A stretch of 64,000 bases of DNA from a virus (lineage: Duplodnaviria; Caudoviricetes), in the IMG/VR virus record IMGVR_UViG_3300042731_002921, positions 1-64,000 of that record, one strand, 5' to 3'. This document shows positions 10,090 through 21,494 of this stretch, piece after piece. Each line of letters starts with the position of its first letter. Positions within the stretch are counted from its first letter, which is position 1. The notes under the pieces are model-generated. The model was not told the DNA's origin. It did no database searches and worked only from the letters and a program-made list of their open reading frames with translations. The position numbers and the translations under genes were made by a program.

Positions 10090-11019
10090 AATGTAGTTTT
10101 AACTTATTATTAGTGAGGTGTTTAGATGCATTCTTTTGAAGTTAGTAATAGACATGAATTGTTGAATAGGTTCAGTACAAGTACTTATTTTACATTTTGT
10201 TCTAAAAGACTTGTAACTCTGATAAAAAGTAAAATGATAAAAGGTGAGTGGTTATATAATTATTTCTCTATTAATTATTATGACTACTGTGTAAAGGGAT
10301 ACAAAGGTGTTCTTATCTCAACTACAGGTCTTATTTTATTTATTAAAGAATAACAAATAGTTTATTATAATTATAAGGAGTTGTTATGACTGATTTTGTA
10401 AAAGGACAGAAAGTGATATGTATAGATGATTCAAGGCTTAATTTCATTAATAAAGGAAGCATTTATGAAGTATCAAATGTGTCAAAACATACATTGCGGT
10501 TCAAAGGTGTATCTTCTTGGTATAGTTACTGTTAATCTAAAACATGATTACCCAGATTATGTTACTTTGTATACTTATTATGAGGATTTAATATGAATAA
10601 CATTCTTAATTTTATTATTCTCTTTGAGTTGTTTATCTTGTTGTTCTTGTGGTTTATATATTATTACCCAGAATGGGCATGGAATTTTATTAATGAGTGT
10701 GATTGGTATGTCAGGCTGATTAGTGCTTTAATTTGTTATTACACTTTAGGTAAAAGTTCATCATTGACTTGGACAAAAGAAGATGGTGAAATTGTTAAAC
10801 AGATTTTTATAGGATACTAAATGAGTAAAAAATTTTACGCAGTTAATAGAAATACTGGAAACAAATGGAAACCAAACCACCGAGGTAATTGTCTTGGGAT
10901 GTACGATAGTGGTTATCTTGCAGAGGTTGATGAATCAGATCCTTACACGGTTGTAATAACAAAACTTGACACAAAAGTATGGAGAAAAGTTGTTAAAGAG
11001 AATATGAAAAGGATTGTTA

Positions 11020-12012
11020 ATGAGTACTCATGAGCCTAACAGTAAAATCCTTGTAGTTGATGGAGATACTCCAATTTTTCGTTTCGCATTGGCTTTAGAG
11101 AAGAAATACATAGAAGCCTCATACAAGAAAAGTCCTTGGGTTATTGAATTAGATAATATAACCCAATTCAAAGGAGGTAAACTGAAAGGTAAAGAAGTCC
11201 AAGGTGAGTTACACAAAATGAACAAAAGTTCTGAAATAGAACTCACTATGGATGATTTTAATATAAAACATAAAGTAAGATTAATTAATGCTAAAAGTGA
11301 TGAATCAAGATTAGAAATAGGCAAAAGAAATGCCAGGAATTATATATCTGATCTTTATCAGATCCCTTGGGTAAAAGAAATTAAATACTGTCTTAGCTCA
11401 AAGAATAATTTCAGGAAAAACATAGATAAGAATTATAAAAGCTCAAGAGGTAAGAAGCCGTTGTTGTTGAATGACTTAAAATCGTGGTTTGAAAAGGAAT
11501 TCAAAAGTATAATTACAATTATTGACGGATTAGAAGCAGATGATCTTTTAGGAATTATGGGGAATTGGAGCAGGAATTATTTTAAAGATCCAAAAGATTC
11601 AGACATTGTTCTTTGTGGTTACGACAAAGACCTATTGCAAATCTATAATAACTATTTTTTCAATTTCGATCACAGAGAAGATGGTATCTTTTGGATTAAT
11701 GAATTAGATGGGCAAAGGAATTTATGCCATCAGATATTGACAGGTGATACCACAGATGATATAAAAGGACTTGAAGGTATCTCAGATGAAATTAAAGAAA
11801 GGTTCTGTGTAAGATTAGGTGGATGTGGTAAAGGTAAAGCAGAGAAGATTTTATCTGATTGTTGTACAGTAGAATGCTTATACGAACGTGTTGAGTGGTG
11901 TTATATGTCTTACTATCAAGATGATTACAAAGACCATTTAAACAAGCAATTTAAGCTTGTTAAGCTATTAGAAAATAAGGATAAGATAGAAGATTTCCCA
12001 TTTACGAGATAA
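11020..12012 (+). CDS. 5'-3' exonuclease / RNase H (T7 gp6, T5 D15-like flap nuclease family)
   Basis: VVDGD, NFRK..YK..R, LEADD, DKDL and GDTTDDIKG acidic motifs. Confidence 0.9.
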   Translation: MSTHEPNSKILVVDGDTPIFRFALALEKKYIEASYKKSPWVIELDNITQFKGGKLKGKEVQGELHKMNKSSEIELTMDDFNIKHKVRLINAKSDESRLEIGKRNARNYISDLYQIPWVKEIKYCLSSKNNFRKNIDKNYKSSRGKKPLLLNDLKSWFEKEFKSIITIIDGLEADDLLGIMGNWSRNYFKDPKDSDIVLCGYDKDLLQIYNNYFFNFDHREDGIFWINELDGQRNLCHQILTGDTTDDIKGLEGISDEIKERFCVRLGGCGKGKAEKILSDCCTVECLYERVEWCYMSYYQDDYKDHLNKQFKLVKLLENKDKIEDFPFTR

Positions 12013-13036
12013 AGGAGTAATAATGCATAAGTTTGTAATTAAGATTTATGAAGAACTAAGTGAAAAAGAACTATCAAAATAGCAAGAGTGGTTGATGATT
12101 TAATGGATGATAATAGAATGGATTATTGTTTTATAGAAGTTATGGTGGAAGAAAATGGATGAGCAATGGGTAGAATTTCCTGGTGGTAAGATAAAGTTCA
12201 ATGACAATGCCTTTAGAGATTTAATTGTAGATTGGGAAGGTATATATGATAGTGATGTGGAAGAAATTAAAGATAGGTCTAAATTATATGAAGTTTTAGA
12301 TGACTTGCCTGATTTTGAAGTATTTCTCAAAGTAACATATAATTTATTGAAATTTGAATAAAGGAGAAATTATGACATTAAAAGAGAAAATTGAAGCGTA
12401 TATTGAATCATTAGAAGAATGGAGAGATAACACATACGAGGAAGAAGTTATAGACCTTGCTGAGTATTCTATTGAAGTTTTAAAAGAAATTATTAAAGAA
12501 GTTTATGCTGATTATTAAGGAGAGAATATGGAAAAGATACTAAAAACACTTAATCGGATTCAGACATCAACAGAAATTGCCATAGCTTTTTCTGAAGGTG
12601 AAGATTCAGAAGACCAAAAGAAATATATTCTTGAGAATACTTTATGTTTAATTGAAGATGATATTAAATGGTACAGAGAAGGAGAATAATATGAATTTTG
12701 ATAAGTATAAGAATAATTTACCTTATCCAGAAAGAGTGTTTTTAAAATGTCCTGGTTGTGGTATTTCTTTCAGAGAAAATGATAAGTTTTGTTCTCAATG
12801 TGGCGAAGATATTTTGTCTTATTACACAGGTGCTAAAAATGCGTACAATAAGCTTAGAGATGAGTACAATGTAAAAAATAAAGAGCTGTATGAAGAATTT
12901 AAGAAAGATGCTCTGGACGAAGTTGGTCTAAGTAATCATAAGAATAGAGATAAAATCTTTGATTTTGCTTGGAAGCATGGACATTCAGCAGGATTTTATG
13001 ATGTCTATTTTTGGTTAGAAGAACTTTCTGAGTTAT

Positions 13037-13660
13037 TTGAGGATTGATATGATAGTAATAGGTGATGTTCACGGTGAATATAAAACATTGTTAAGTTTAC
13101 TTGATATCTTACCACAAACACAAGAAATTTGTTTTATTGGTGATTTAATAGATAGAGGGCCACAATCAAAAGAAGTAGTTGGATTAGTAAGAACAAAGGG
13201 TTGGTATTCAGTATTAGGTAATCATGAAGACATGGCAACTGATCCCTCGATGGTTGATACTTGGATTTATAACGGTGGTTGGCATACAATACAATCGTAC
13301 TGTGATAAAGACGAAGGGTTCAATTATGATACAGTTGATAATTTCAGAAACCACGATGATATAAAATGGATGCATGAGTTGCCACTCACTATTCAATACA
13401 AAGATTTTTTAATTTCGCATTCCTATTGTTATAACGGTGATGGAACACCAAATAGTGATATATTATGGGGTCGTAGTTTTGAAGACGATTGCTGTACACT
13501 TATTAATATCTTTGGACATACTCCTGTAAAAGAAGCTAAGAAAATTCATAATAAGCACTGGAATATTGATACTGGATGTACTTTCGGAGGTAAGCTTTCA
13601 GCTATTGACTTAGATACAGAGAAGATATATAGTGTTAATAAAGTAAAGGATGAAGTATGA
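13037..13660 (+). CDS. Metallophosphoesterase (Ser/Thr protein phosphatase-like)
   Basis: GDVHG, GDLIDRG, GNHE, GHT and IDTG motifs. Confidence 0.9.
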   Translation: MRIDMIVIGDVHGEYKTLLSLLDILPQTQEICFIGDLIDRGPQSKEVVGLVRTKGWYSVLGNHEDMATDPSMVDTWIYNGGWHTIQSYCDKDEGFNYDTVDNFRNHDDIKWMHELPLTIQYKDFLISHSYCYNGDGTPNSDILWGRSFEDDCCTLINIFGHTPVKEAKKIHNKHWNIDTGCTFGGKLSAIDLDTEKIYSVNKVKDEV

Positions 13661-13799
13661 TACCATGGACACAAATACAAAGAGACAGACTTGATGAATT
13701 AAAAGAGAGTCACTGTATGGTTTATGGATATAATCTTGTATGGTTTAATTATTGGGTATTCAATCAAAGGTTTATTAGATGTTTGAATAGGAGACTAAA

Positions 13800-14168
13800 A
13801 TGAAAAAAGAAGACTTATACAAAATAATAATTGCAGGAAGTAGATCATTTAACGATTTGGAGATGATGTATATGACCTGTGATTATTACTTCAAAGATAG
13901 ATATCCTGATATTGAAATTATTAGTGGACATGCAAAAGGTGCTGATAAATTTGGTGAGAAGTACGCAAAAGAAAATGATTTAAAATTAACTATTTTTAAA
14001 GCTGATTGGAGTAAGTATGGAAAAAGTGCTGGCTATAGAAGAAATGTAGAGATGGGTAATTACGCAGATGCTGGTATTATATTTTGGGATGGAATATCAA
14101 AAGGGTCCATGCATATGGTTAACATTCTCAAAGGTCTTGATAAACCTTATAGACTTATTAGGCGTTAA
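13800..14168 (+). CDS. SLOG-family (YspA/DUF2493-like) protein
   Basis: IIIAGSRSF...ISGHAKGAD...ADW..YGKSAG..RN..M...FWDG.SKG. Confidence 0.85.
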   Translation: MKKEDLYKIIIAGSRSFNDLEMMYMTCDYYFKDRYPDIEIISGHAKGADKFGEKYAKENDLKLTIFKADWSKYGKSAGYRRNVEMGNYADAGIIFWDGISKGSMHMVNILKGLDKPYRLIRR

Positions 14169-14177
14169 GGTGCTGAT

Positions 14178-16724
14178 ATGACTCTATATATAGGAGATTG
14201 TGAAGCTAATGGTCTTTATGATGCAGTAACAAAGTTCCATTGTATTTGTTTTAGTCCTTCTGATAACAATAAATTTTATATCTTCTGTGATCTTGAAGAA
14301 TTATCAAAGTACAATCAAGATCAATTTGTATCAAAAGATACAGAACCATTATTCTTCCCAATAAATGATTATGTTAAGTTATTAGATAGTCCTAAAACAA
14401 CTGGAATTTGTATTCATAATTTATTTAAATATGATTTACCAGTATTTGAAAAGTTAAGTGGTATTAGTTATAACTACAATAGTATTAATAATAGGAGATT
14501 GAAGTTAGTTGATTCTTTGGTTTTAAGTCAGTATTTAAAACCTGACAGGATTCAGCCAGAAGGGTGTAAGGGAAAGCACGGACTTGAAGCATGGGGCGTA
14601 AGATTAGGTATAAAAAAACCGCAAGTTGAAGATTGGTCAAATCAACCACTTAATGTTTATATCAATCGTGTGATTGAGGATGTAAAAATTAATAAAGCTG
14701 TTTACTTTGCTCTTATTAAAGAAGCTAATAATGTTGCTATTAGCACACCAAATACAAAAGGGGATTGGGAGATGCCTCTAAGGATGGGGCATAAGAATTT
14801 TTATTTAATCGGGAGACAAGAACAAAATGGAGTTGTTTTTGATGAAGAATACGGATGGTATCTTCTTGATGAATTAGATAAAGAAATGAAAGCAATGGAA
14901 GATGAACTTAATCCGAGATTCGGTGAAAGAGAAGTACCTGAAAGTAATCAACTTAAATTTCCAGTGAGAATATTCAAAAAAGCTTTTGATTATAAAAAAC
15001 CATATAATCCATCAGGTGGGTTAAAAAAACAAGTAGTTGATTATTTGAATACTATTAATATTTCTACTGATGATCAAGAAGAATATATAAAGAGTATGTG
15101 CGAGGTTAAAGAGGTTGATGGTGTAAAAATTAATTATAATAATATTGCTGACCTTTTACCAAAAACACATGATTTATTGACACAATATAGTATCAATTAT
15201 TGTTTGAAATTGGGGATAGAAGATAAGCAACAACAATTAGATGAAATTAATAGAGTAGTTAGTGGTGGTGAGGTCAAAAAGCTTACTGAACCAATTGGCT
15301 TAAAAGATACTCAAGCGGTTAAAGAATTTCTTGTAAAAGAAGGCTGGAAACCTACGCTGTGGAATTTTAGGAATGTTTTAACTCACCCAAAAACAAAACA
15401 AAAACTCTCAGCAGAAGAAACAAGAAATAAAGTTATTAAATATATTGATGAATTCAAAGATCATGTGTATTGGCCTTTTATATTAATCGAGCTTGGATAT
15501 TCACCAAAGAGTAAAGTAGATCCTTATACTGAATCTTTTATTAAGAAGTGTATTAAGAACGGTAGAAATCTTTTGTCTTCACCTATGTACAAAGACCAAA
15601 ATGGTATTAGGTGTCCTAATCTTAAAGAACTCACTGGTGATACCTCAAAGAAGATCATTAGATATCTTTCTTTAAAACATAGACGATCTATGCTAAAATC
15701 AAAAGATCCAAAGAAAAAAGATACTCATGGTCTTCTGAATAATAAAAGACTGAAAATAGATGGTAGAATTTCTGCTGGTGTACTTGGATTAGCAGCTTCT
15801 AATAGGAAAAGACATTCAGGTGTTGTTAATATACCTAAACCAAAGAAAGAAGTTGTTTATGGTATAGAGATGCGTAGGCTTTTTAAAGCACCATCTAAGT
15901 GGTGGAATATAGGTGCTGATGCAGCATCAATAGAAGCACTTGTAGCTTCTCATTGGACAATTCCATTTGATGGTGGAGAGTACTCTAAGAGTGTTTTAAC
16001 AGGAAAATTTCACGATGATAATGCAATAACTTACTCAAAGATTGCTGGAAGAGAAATAACACGAAGTTCAGGGAAGAACATCACATATGCTCTTTTGTAT
16101 GGTGCAAGTGCCAAGAAGATAGCCCGTATGATGAGTATTCATATTGATGTAGCTAATGAAGTTGTTGATGGGTTCTGGGAGTTAAATGTAGGACTAAAGG
16201 GCATCAGGGATGCTATCACAGAGTATTGGAAATTAACCAATAAGAAGTATATTATTGGTTTAGATGGAAGAAAGCTATTTTCAAGATCACAACACAGTTT
16301 GATTAATTTACTCTTCCAAAATTCGGGAGCTATTTTATTTGATTTTGCTCTTTGTTATTGGGATGACAAATGCACTGAAGAAAATCTTAGTGTTCAAAGA
16401 TGGGCAGAAGTACATGATGAATTACAGTTTTATCAAAAGAAAGAAGAAGTTCAGATTTATACTTTTGATTCTACTCCTGAATGGGATTTACCACTAAAAG
16501 ATGATAAACCGAATAGAAAAGCAGACCCATTAAAACCGAAACAATTAAGAGATGGGAAGCTTTATTCTGCACCTAAGTTCAAAGATGGAGTATGGGAGCA
16601 AGCTTATTCAAGAGCAGGTGAATTGTTTGATGAAGGATTCAAAGCAGCAAGTAAATTTTATAATACAAATGTTGATTTTTCTGCTGAGTACATGTGGGGA
16701 AAAGACTGGAGCGAGTGTCATTGA
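14178..16724 (+). CDS. polA: Family A DNA polymerase, T7-like
   Basis: 3'-5' exonuclease DCE and HN...YD motifs; motif A DAASIE, motif B KNITYALLYGA, motif C VHDE. Confidence 0.95.
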   Translation: MTLYIGDCEANGLYDAVTKFHCICFSPSDNNKFYIFCDLEELSKYNQDQFVSKDTEPLFFPINDYVKLLDSPKTTGICIHNLFKYDLPVFEKLSGISYNYNSINNRRLKLVDSLVLSQYLKPDRIQPEGCKGKHGLEAWGVRLGIKKPQVEDWSNQPLNVYINRVIEDVKINKAVYFALIKEANNVAISTPNTKGDWEMPLRMGHKNFYLIGRQEQNGVVFDEEYGWYLLDELDKEMKAMEDELNPRFGEREVPESNQLKFPVRIFKKAFDYKKPYNPSGGLKKQVVDYLNTINISTDDQEEYIKSMCEVKEVDGVKINYNNIADLLPKTHDLLTQYSINYCLKLGIEDKQQQLDEINRVVSGGEVKKLTEPIGLKDTQAVKEFLVKEGWKPTLWNFRNVLTHPKTKQKLSAEETRNKVIKYIDEFKDHVYWPFILIELGYSPKSKVDPYTESFIKKCIKNGRNLLSSPMYKDQNGIRCPNLKELTGDTSKKIIRYLSLKHRRSMLKSKDPKKKDTHGLLNNKRLKIDGRISAGVLGLAASNRKRHSGVVNIPKPKKEVVYGIEMRRLFKAPSKWWNIGADAASIEALVASHWTIPFDGGEYSKSVLTGKFHDDNAITYSKIAGREITRSSGKNITYALLYGASAKKIARMMSIHIDVANEVVDGFWELNVGLKGIRDAITEYWKLTNKKYIIGLDGRKLFSRSQHSLINLLFQNSGAILFDFALCYWDDKCTEENLSVQRWAEVHDELQFYQKKEEVQIYTFDSTPEWDLPLKDDKPNRKADPLKPKQLRDGKLYSAPKFKDGVWEQAYSRAGELFDEGFKAASKFYNTNVDFSAEYMWGKDWSECH

Positions 16725-16969
16725 TAACAAAAAAGGCTATATATGAAAATAAAATCAGAGCCATTCACAGAAGAATACTACAAAAGCTTTAAAGATGTAA
16801 TTCTTTATCATAATAATGAGTTAGGTTACTATGTCTGGAGTATTACAGATGCAAGAAATACTGAGTATTGGGTAAATTCTTTCTGTGAGTTTGAGAAAGC
16901 TATTGACTTATGTAAGAAGTACGATTATAATGTTCTTAAAATTCATCAACAATTAGATAGGAGAACAAA

Positions 16970-18091
16970 ATGAAAATAATAGGTGATAAAAGTAGGCTAA
17001 AGGGTTTGAATGTTAAAATTACACTCAGTGGGGATGCTGGTCAGTGTACTGGTCAGTGGTATTGGGATGGTGAAATTTATAATATAAATCATCTAACTTC
17101 AAGTGGCATTCATGAAGATAGATGTAATGATTATTGGATTGATTATGATGATTGTAAAATCATTCTTGATAATGATTTTTTAAATGAATACAAAAAACAA
17201 AAGATTTCAGTAAATTGTAAAACAGAACAAGAAGCAACAGAGTTTTGTAAGTGGATGCATAATAAAGGGCTTGCGTGGAGAGATGGTGAGCCTTATATTG
17301 GAAATACTTATTGGTTTATGTATGAATCTAAGACTTGTTATAAAGGGAATGGTATGTATGGTCATATTGATTATGATGAAAGAAATGGTTATACAATACT
17401 TTCCTACGAAGACCTTGTTCAAGAAGAAGTAGATTTCATGGAAACAGATGAATTTAATGAGTTTTGTAAGTATTGGAAAGAGAATGATGTATATGTTAAA
17501 TTTGATAACATTCTTGATAAGAAAAGATTCACTAAGAATTTTGATGGGGTATGTCAAGGATCAGAAACAACTTTTTTTAAATATGTCCATTGGGTTAAAT
17601 CAATCAACGAATGGGCACATACTTATATAAAAGAAGATGGGTATAAAACTATAGAGTACAAAGATATTAAAAACTGGAAAGAAATTCTATTAAACAAAGA
17701 GAAAGAAATGGAAAAAGAATACGAAGTTATTGAGCCAATTACTATTAAGAAGATTCTTAATAAGATTGATGGAAATGAGTTTGTTAAGTGGGTTGATGAT
17801 TTCATTAGTGAATTCACAGATACAGAGAATTATACTGATAAGATCATTAACTATGATGATTTTGAAAATTACTATTGTCTTGTAAAAAATGTGGATTGGT
17901 TCATAGAAAATGGATTTATTAAGGAGAAAGAAAAAGAGTTTGAGCCGTTTACTCTTAATCTTGATATTAAAACAGAGGATGAGTTGTTGAATCTTTACCA
18001 TAGGTTTAACAGTAACAAATGTGATAGTATTGCTTGTTACTGTAATTATAAGAAACCATTAACTTTTGATGTGTATTCATTATGGAGGTAA
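16970..18091 (+). CDS. Hypothetical multi-domain phage protein
   Basis: 373-aa ORF with an RBS, coupled to the upstream ORF; no catalytic motif recognised. Confidence 0.6.
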   Translation: MKIIGDKSRLKGLNVKITLSGDAGQCTGQWYWDGEIYNINHLTSSGIHEDRCNDYWIDYDDCKIILDNDFLNEYKKQKISVNCKTEQEATEFCKWMHNKGLAWRDGEPYIGNTYWFMYESKTCYKGNGMYGHIDYDERNGYTILSYEDLVQEEVDFMETDEFNEFCKYWKENDVYVKFDNILDKKRFTKNFDGVCQGSETTFFKYVHWVKSINEWAHTYIKEDGYKTIEYKDIKNWKEILLNKEKEMEKEYEVIEPITIKKILNKIDGNEFVKWVDDFISEFTDTENYTDKIINYDDFENYYCLVKNVDWFIENGFIKEKEKEFEPFTLNLDIKTEDELLNLYHRFNSNKCDSIACYCNYKKPLTFDVYSLWR

Positions 18092-18213
18092 GTCGATAAA
18101 GAAATGTACAGGATTAAAGAATAAATCAAAAATAAAAGAACTCTGGGAGGATTATCAAGCTAAGATCCTCTCAGAGGAATTGGAGGTTATATATATAAAT
18201 TGGAGGTTGTGTA

Positions 18214-18711
18214 ATGTTAACACCACAAGTAATTCAAGCTATTAAAAAGTCTTTCTCAAGGAGTAATTTTACAAAAAATTTTAGAAACAGCAGAGTATTA
18301 AAGAATAAAAAAGGTGTTCGTGGAGGAAAAGTAACAAAATGTGAAGTATGTGGTGCTGAAATACCTATGTATAAAGCACAGATAGATCATATAAAACCAG
18401 TAGTTCCGGTGATGATACCAGGTAAATTTATGAGCTTTATGTATTTCTACAATAGAACTTTTTGTAAAAAGAGTAACCTACAAATCTTATGTCCTGAATG
18501 CCATAATATTAAAAGTAAGGAAGAACTAAGTGAGAGAGTTAAGTGGAGGAAAAGAAAAAAGTATTTGATTTGTCGCAGTGTATATGGGAGTCTAATAAAA
18601 GTTATCCCGATTATAAATATGAAAGATTTTGATGAAGCATGGGAAATTATGAATGTTAGAAGATTAAGAAAAGATGCTGATCTTTTAGCTAAAAAGCTAA
18701 GAAAAATATAA
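18214..18711 (+). CDS. Zn-binding HNH endonuclease
   Basis: CEVCG...IDHIKP...NLQILCPECHNIKS. Confidence 0.85.
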   Translation: MLTPQVIQAIKKSFSRSNFTKNFRNSRVLKNKKGVRGGKVTKCEVCGAEIPMYKAQIDHIKPVVPVMIPGKFMSFMYFYNRTFCKKSNLQILCPECHNIKSKEELSERVKWRKRKKYLICRSVYGSLIKVIPIINMKDFDEAWEIMNVRRLRKDADLLAKKLRKI

Positions 18712-19236
18712 ACAAGAGACTGAAAGTCTTGAAAGGGTTACAATAGTAAATGAAAGAATTAATATTAGCACCAGGATTAAAACAAAGAATAGATGATTCT
18801 ATATTCTATCTTGAGGAGGTACTTAAGTATCAAGAATTAGATAAAACTCTTGATACTGGTACTGAGGTGGCTTATATTAAATCCTCACTTAAAACTTTTA
18901 TTGAGATTAGAGAATTAATTAAATAAGATGAAAAGGATAGCTAAAATGGATAAAAAACAAGATAAAGAATTACAGGATGTAGGTAATGATATTTTTAGGT
19001 CTGTGAATGCTGTTAATGCACTAAATAAAATGAAAGAAAATTTCAAGTTTTATAAAGAACAGATAAGATTATTCCAGAAATTAAGAATGGTAAAGTACAA
19101 AGCTCTTATGGATGAAGGATTTAGTAAAGAACAGGCATTGGATATTATTGAAAAAACAAGGATTTTTGAATAGGTGATACTTTGGCTGGTTATTACAATA
19201 TTAATACACCACTGGTGATTATTATAAGGAGTATAA

Positions 19237-19776
19237 ATGCCGGAAGATAAAAATTTAACACAGAATGAATTGAAAAAGTATCTATCCTATGATAAAAATA
19301 CCAGTATTTTGATCAGGTTAATTGGACAAATCAGGTGGATTAATAAAGAGGCTGGCTGGATTAATGATCAGGGTTATAGATTAATAAATGTAAAAAAATC
19401 TAAGTATAGGGCGCATAGATTAGCTTTTTTATATGTTGAAGGGTATTTACCTGAACATGAAGTCGACCATATAAATAAAATAAGAGATGATAATAGATGG
19501 TGTAACCTTAGGCATACAACACATAAATGTAATTTAAGAAACACAAAAGTACAAATAGATAATAAAACTGGCGTTACAGGTGTTTATTTACCTAAAAATG
19601 GAAATTTATGGATAGCTGCTATTACAGTCGACTCTAAACGTATACATATTGGTTGTTTTAATAAGTTTAGTGATGCTGTTATGGCAAGATGGGAAGCAGA
19701 AAATAAATATAATTTTATTAAATGCCAATCAGATAGCTCTGCTTATAATTATTTAAAAGGTAATGGTTTACTCTAA
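19237..19776 (+). CDS. HNH-AP2 homing endonuclease
   Basis: AHRLAFLY...VDHINKIRDDNRWCNLR plus GVTGV...W.A.I..D.KRIHIG.F; stop overlaps the primase ATG. Confidence 0.9.
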   Translation: MPEDKNLTQNELKKYLSYDKNTSILIRLIGQIRWINKEAGWINDQGYRLINVKKSKYRAHRLAFLYVEGYLPEHEVDHINKIRDDNRWCNLRHTTHKCNLRNTKVQIDNKTGVTGVYLPKNGNLWIAAITVDSKRIHIGCFNKFSDAVMARWEAENKYNFIKCQSDSSAYNYLKGNGLL

Positions 19777-21494
19777 TGTCATCAAATAAATGGACTGAGA
19801 CTTATAGAAAAAAAGGTACGACAATGAAAGAGTATTTTGAAAGAGATGATGATACTATTGAAAAAGTCTATAAAGTATCAACATGGGGGCCATGGCCTGG
19901 TGTTGCGACAGAAGAAACTATGAAGAAATTCAGAGTAAGAGTTAGATACTCTGAACAAACAAGCGAACTTATTGCTATCTACTTTCCTGCATACTGTTCG
20001 GACTGTACTAAAATTGTTGGTTATCAAAAGAAAGATCTAACGATTGATAAAAATAGTAATTATCATTTTGTGAATATAGGTAATATTAATCTTAAAAACC
20101 CAATGTTTTTTCAATCACAAGCAAATCCATCTTCAAATCACGTTTATATTTGTGAAGGACCAAAAGATGCACTTGCATTGTATCAAGTTATTCACGATAA
20201 TACTGAAACTAAATGGAGAAAATTTATACCTCCTATTGTTTCTATTTTGATGGGTGCACCTAATGCTAAGATGAATATCCTTCATAATGAGCATTTTATA
20301 AAACAATATGTTGGCACTTATACTTTTAAAGGTGAGGAAAAGAAAAAAGGTCCGATACTTTGTTTTGATAATGATGAGTCTTCCCCGTATGAAAAGTCAA
20401 TTAAAGGAAAAGAGGCTACAGAAGAATGCGCTATGGCTCTTTCTGACTATTACATTAAAATTCTAAAACATTCAGAAGACATGAATGATATTCATCATTA
20501 TGTTAAGAATGGTAGACAAAAAGAATTATATGAAAAAGCTATTTTCCAATGTATTGAATATAAGCCGAGTACAATAGTTTCATTATATGATGTATTTGAG
20601 CCTGGCGAGTTGAAAAAACCTATAGAAAAAGGTGTACATTTACCATCATATCCGAAACTCATGGAATTACTTTTAGGTGATAGACAGGGTGAACTTACTC
20701 TAATTCTTGCACCAAGTGGTGTAGGAAAGACTCTAATTACTGCTGATATGTTGTATGAGTATATGATTGTCAAAGGTTTTTGTGGTGGTGTGTTTTTAGA
20801 AGAAGATTTAAAGAAAACTTTCCAAAGATTTATAGCGAGAAAGATGCAAATGAGTCTAAGGAATTTTAGATTAGGTTTATATCCTGTAGATGATGAGAAA
20901 TATTTTGAAGCTGAAAAATGGTTAGCAGATCCTTCTAATTTTTTAGCTGTTAAAAATGATGGAAAAATAAAAATATCCGAACTTGAGAACTCAATCAAAC
21001 TCTTTAAAAGGAGATATAATAGAAAGAAAGTCGTAGTTGACCATCTTATGTTAACACAATCAGATAATGAAAAAAAGAGTGATCTAAAACAATTAGATGA
21101 TACTATGGAGAGAATAGCTGGTTTATGTAAACATGAATTGATGTCAGTAAATTTAATTGCTCATATTAATAGAGGCGTTGCTTCAGACAGAAAAAGAGAT
21201 GTTACTGAGCCTACATGGGTAAGAACTTTTAAGGAAGATGCTAGGGGATCAAGTGCTATAGAATGTTTAAGTTATAATGTTATTTGTATAGATATAGAGA
21301 TACTTCCATCTGGAAAGAGAGGACGAGTGCGATTAAGACTTGATAAGAACAGAGAGGGTGGCGATACAGGGATTGCAGATGTTCTTAGCATGGATACAAA
21401 AACAGGTTTAATGGTGAATGCAGAAGATTGGGTATATGATAAAGAGAAAGGTATTATGGTTCCGCCTGATAAAATTCAGAATAATGGGTATTAG
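19776..21494 (+). CDS. Primase-helicase (T7 gp4-like)
   Basis: TOPRIM (ICEG..DAL, FDND), Walker A APSGVGKT, LEE, VDHL, RGS and KNREGG helicase motifs. Confidence 0.95.
   Translation: MSSNKWTETYRKKGTTMKEYFERDDDTIEKVYKVSTWGPWPGVATEETMKKFRVRVRYSEQTSELIAIYFPAYCSDCTKIVGYQKKDLTIDKNSNYHFVNIGNINLKNPMFFQSQANPSSNHVYICEGPKDALALYQVIHDNTETKWRKFIPPIVSILMGAPNAKMNILHNEHFIKQYVGTYTFKGEEKKKGPILCFDNDESSPYEKSIKGKEATEECAMALSDYYIKILKHSEDMNDIHHYVKNGRQKELYEKAIFQCIEYKPSTIVSLYDVFEPGELKKPIEKGVHLPSYPKLMELLLGDRQGELTLILAPSGVGKTLITADMLYEYMIVKGFCGGVFLEEDLKKTFQRFIARKMQMSLRNFRLGLYPVDDEKYFEAEKWLADPSNFLAVKNDGKIKISELENSIKLFKRRYNRKKVVVDHLMLTQSDNEKKSDLKQLDDTMERIAGLCKHELMSVNLIAHINRGVASDRKRDVTEPTWVRTFKEDARGSSAIECLSYNVICIDIEILPSGKRGRVRLRLDKNREGGDTGIADVLSMDTKTGLMVNAEDWVYDKEKGIMVPPDKIQNNGY

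Noticed and set aside
20498-20998. Long antisense and alternate-frame ORFs (e.g. 20498..20998, 23203..23547, 48612..48905)
   Set aside because: They lie opposite well-supported genes, lack an RBS and have shadow-like composition.
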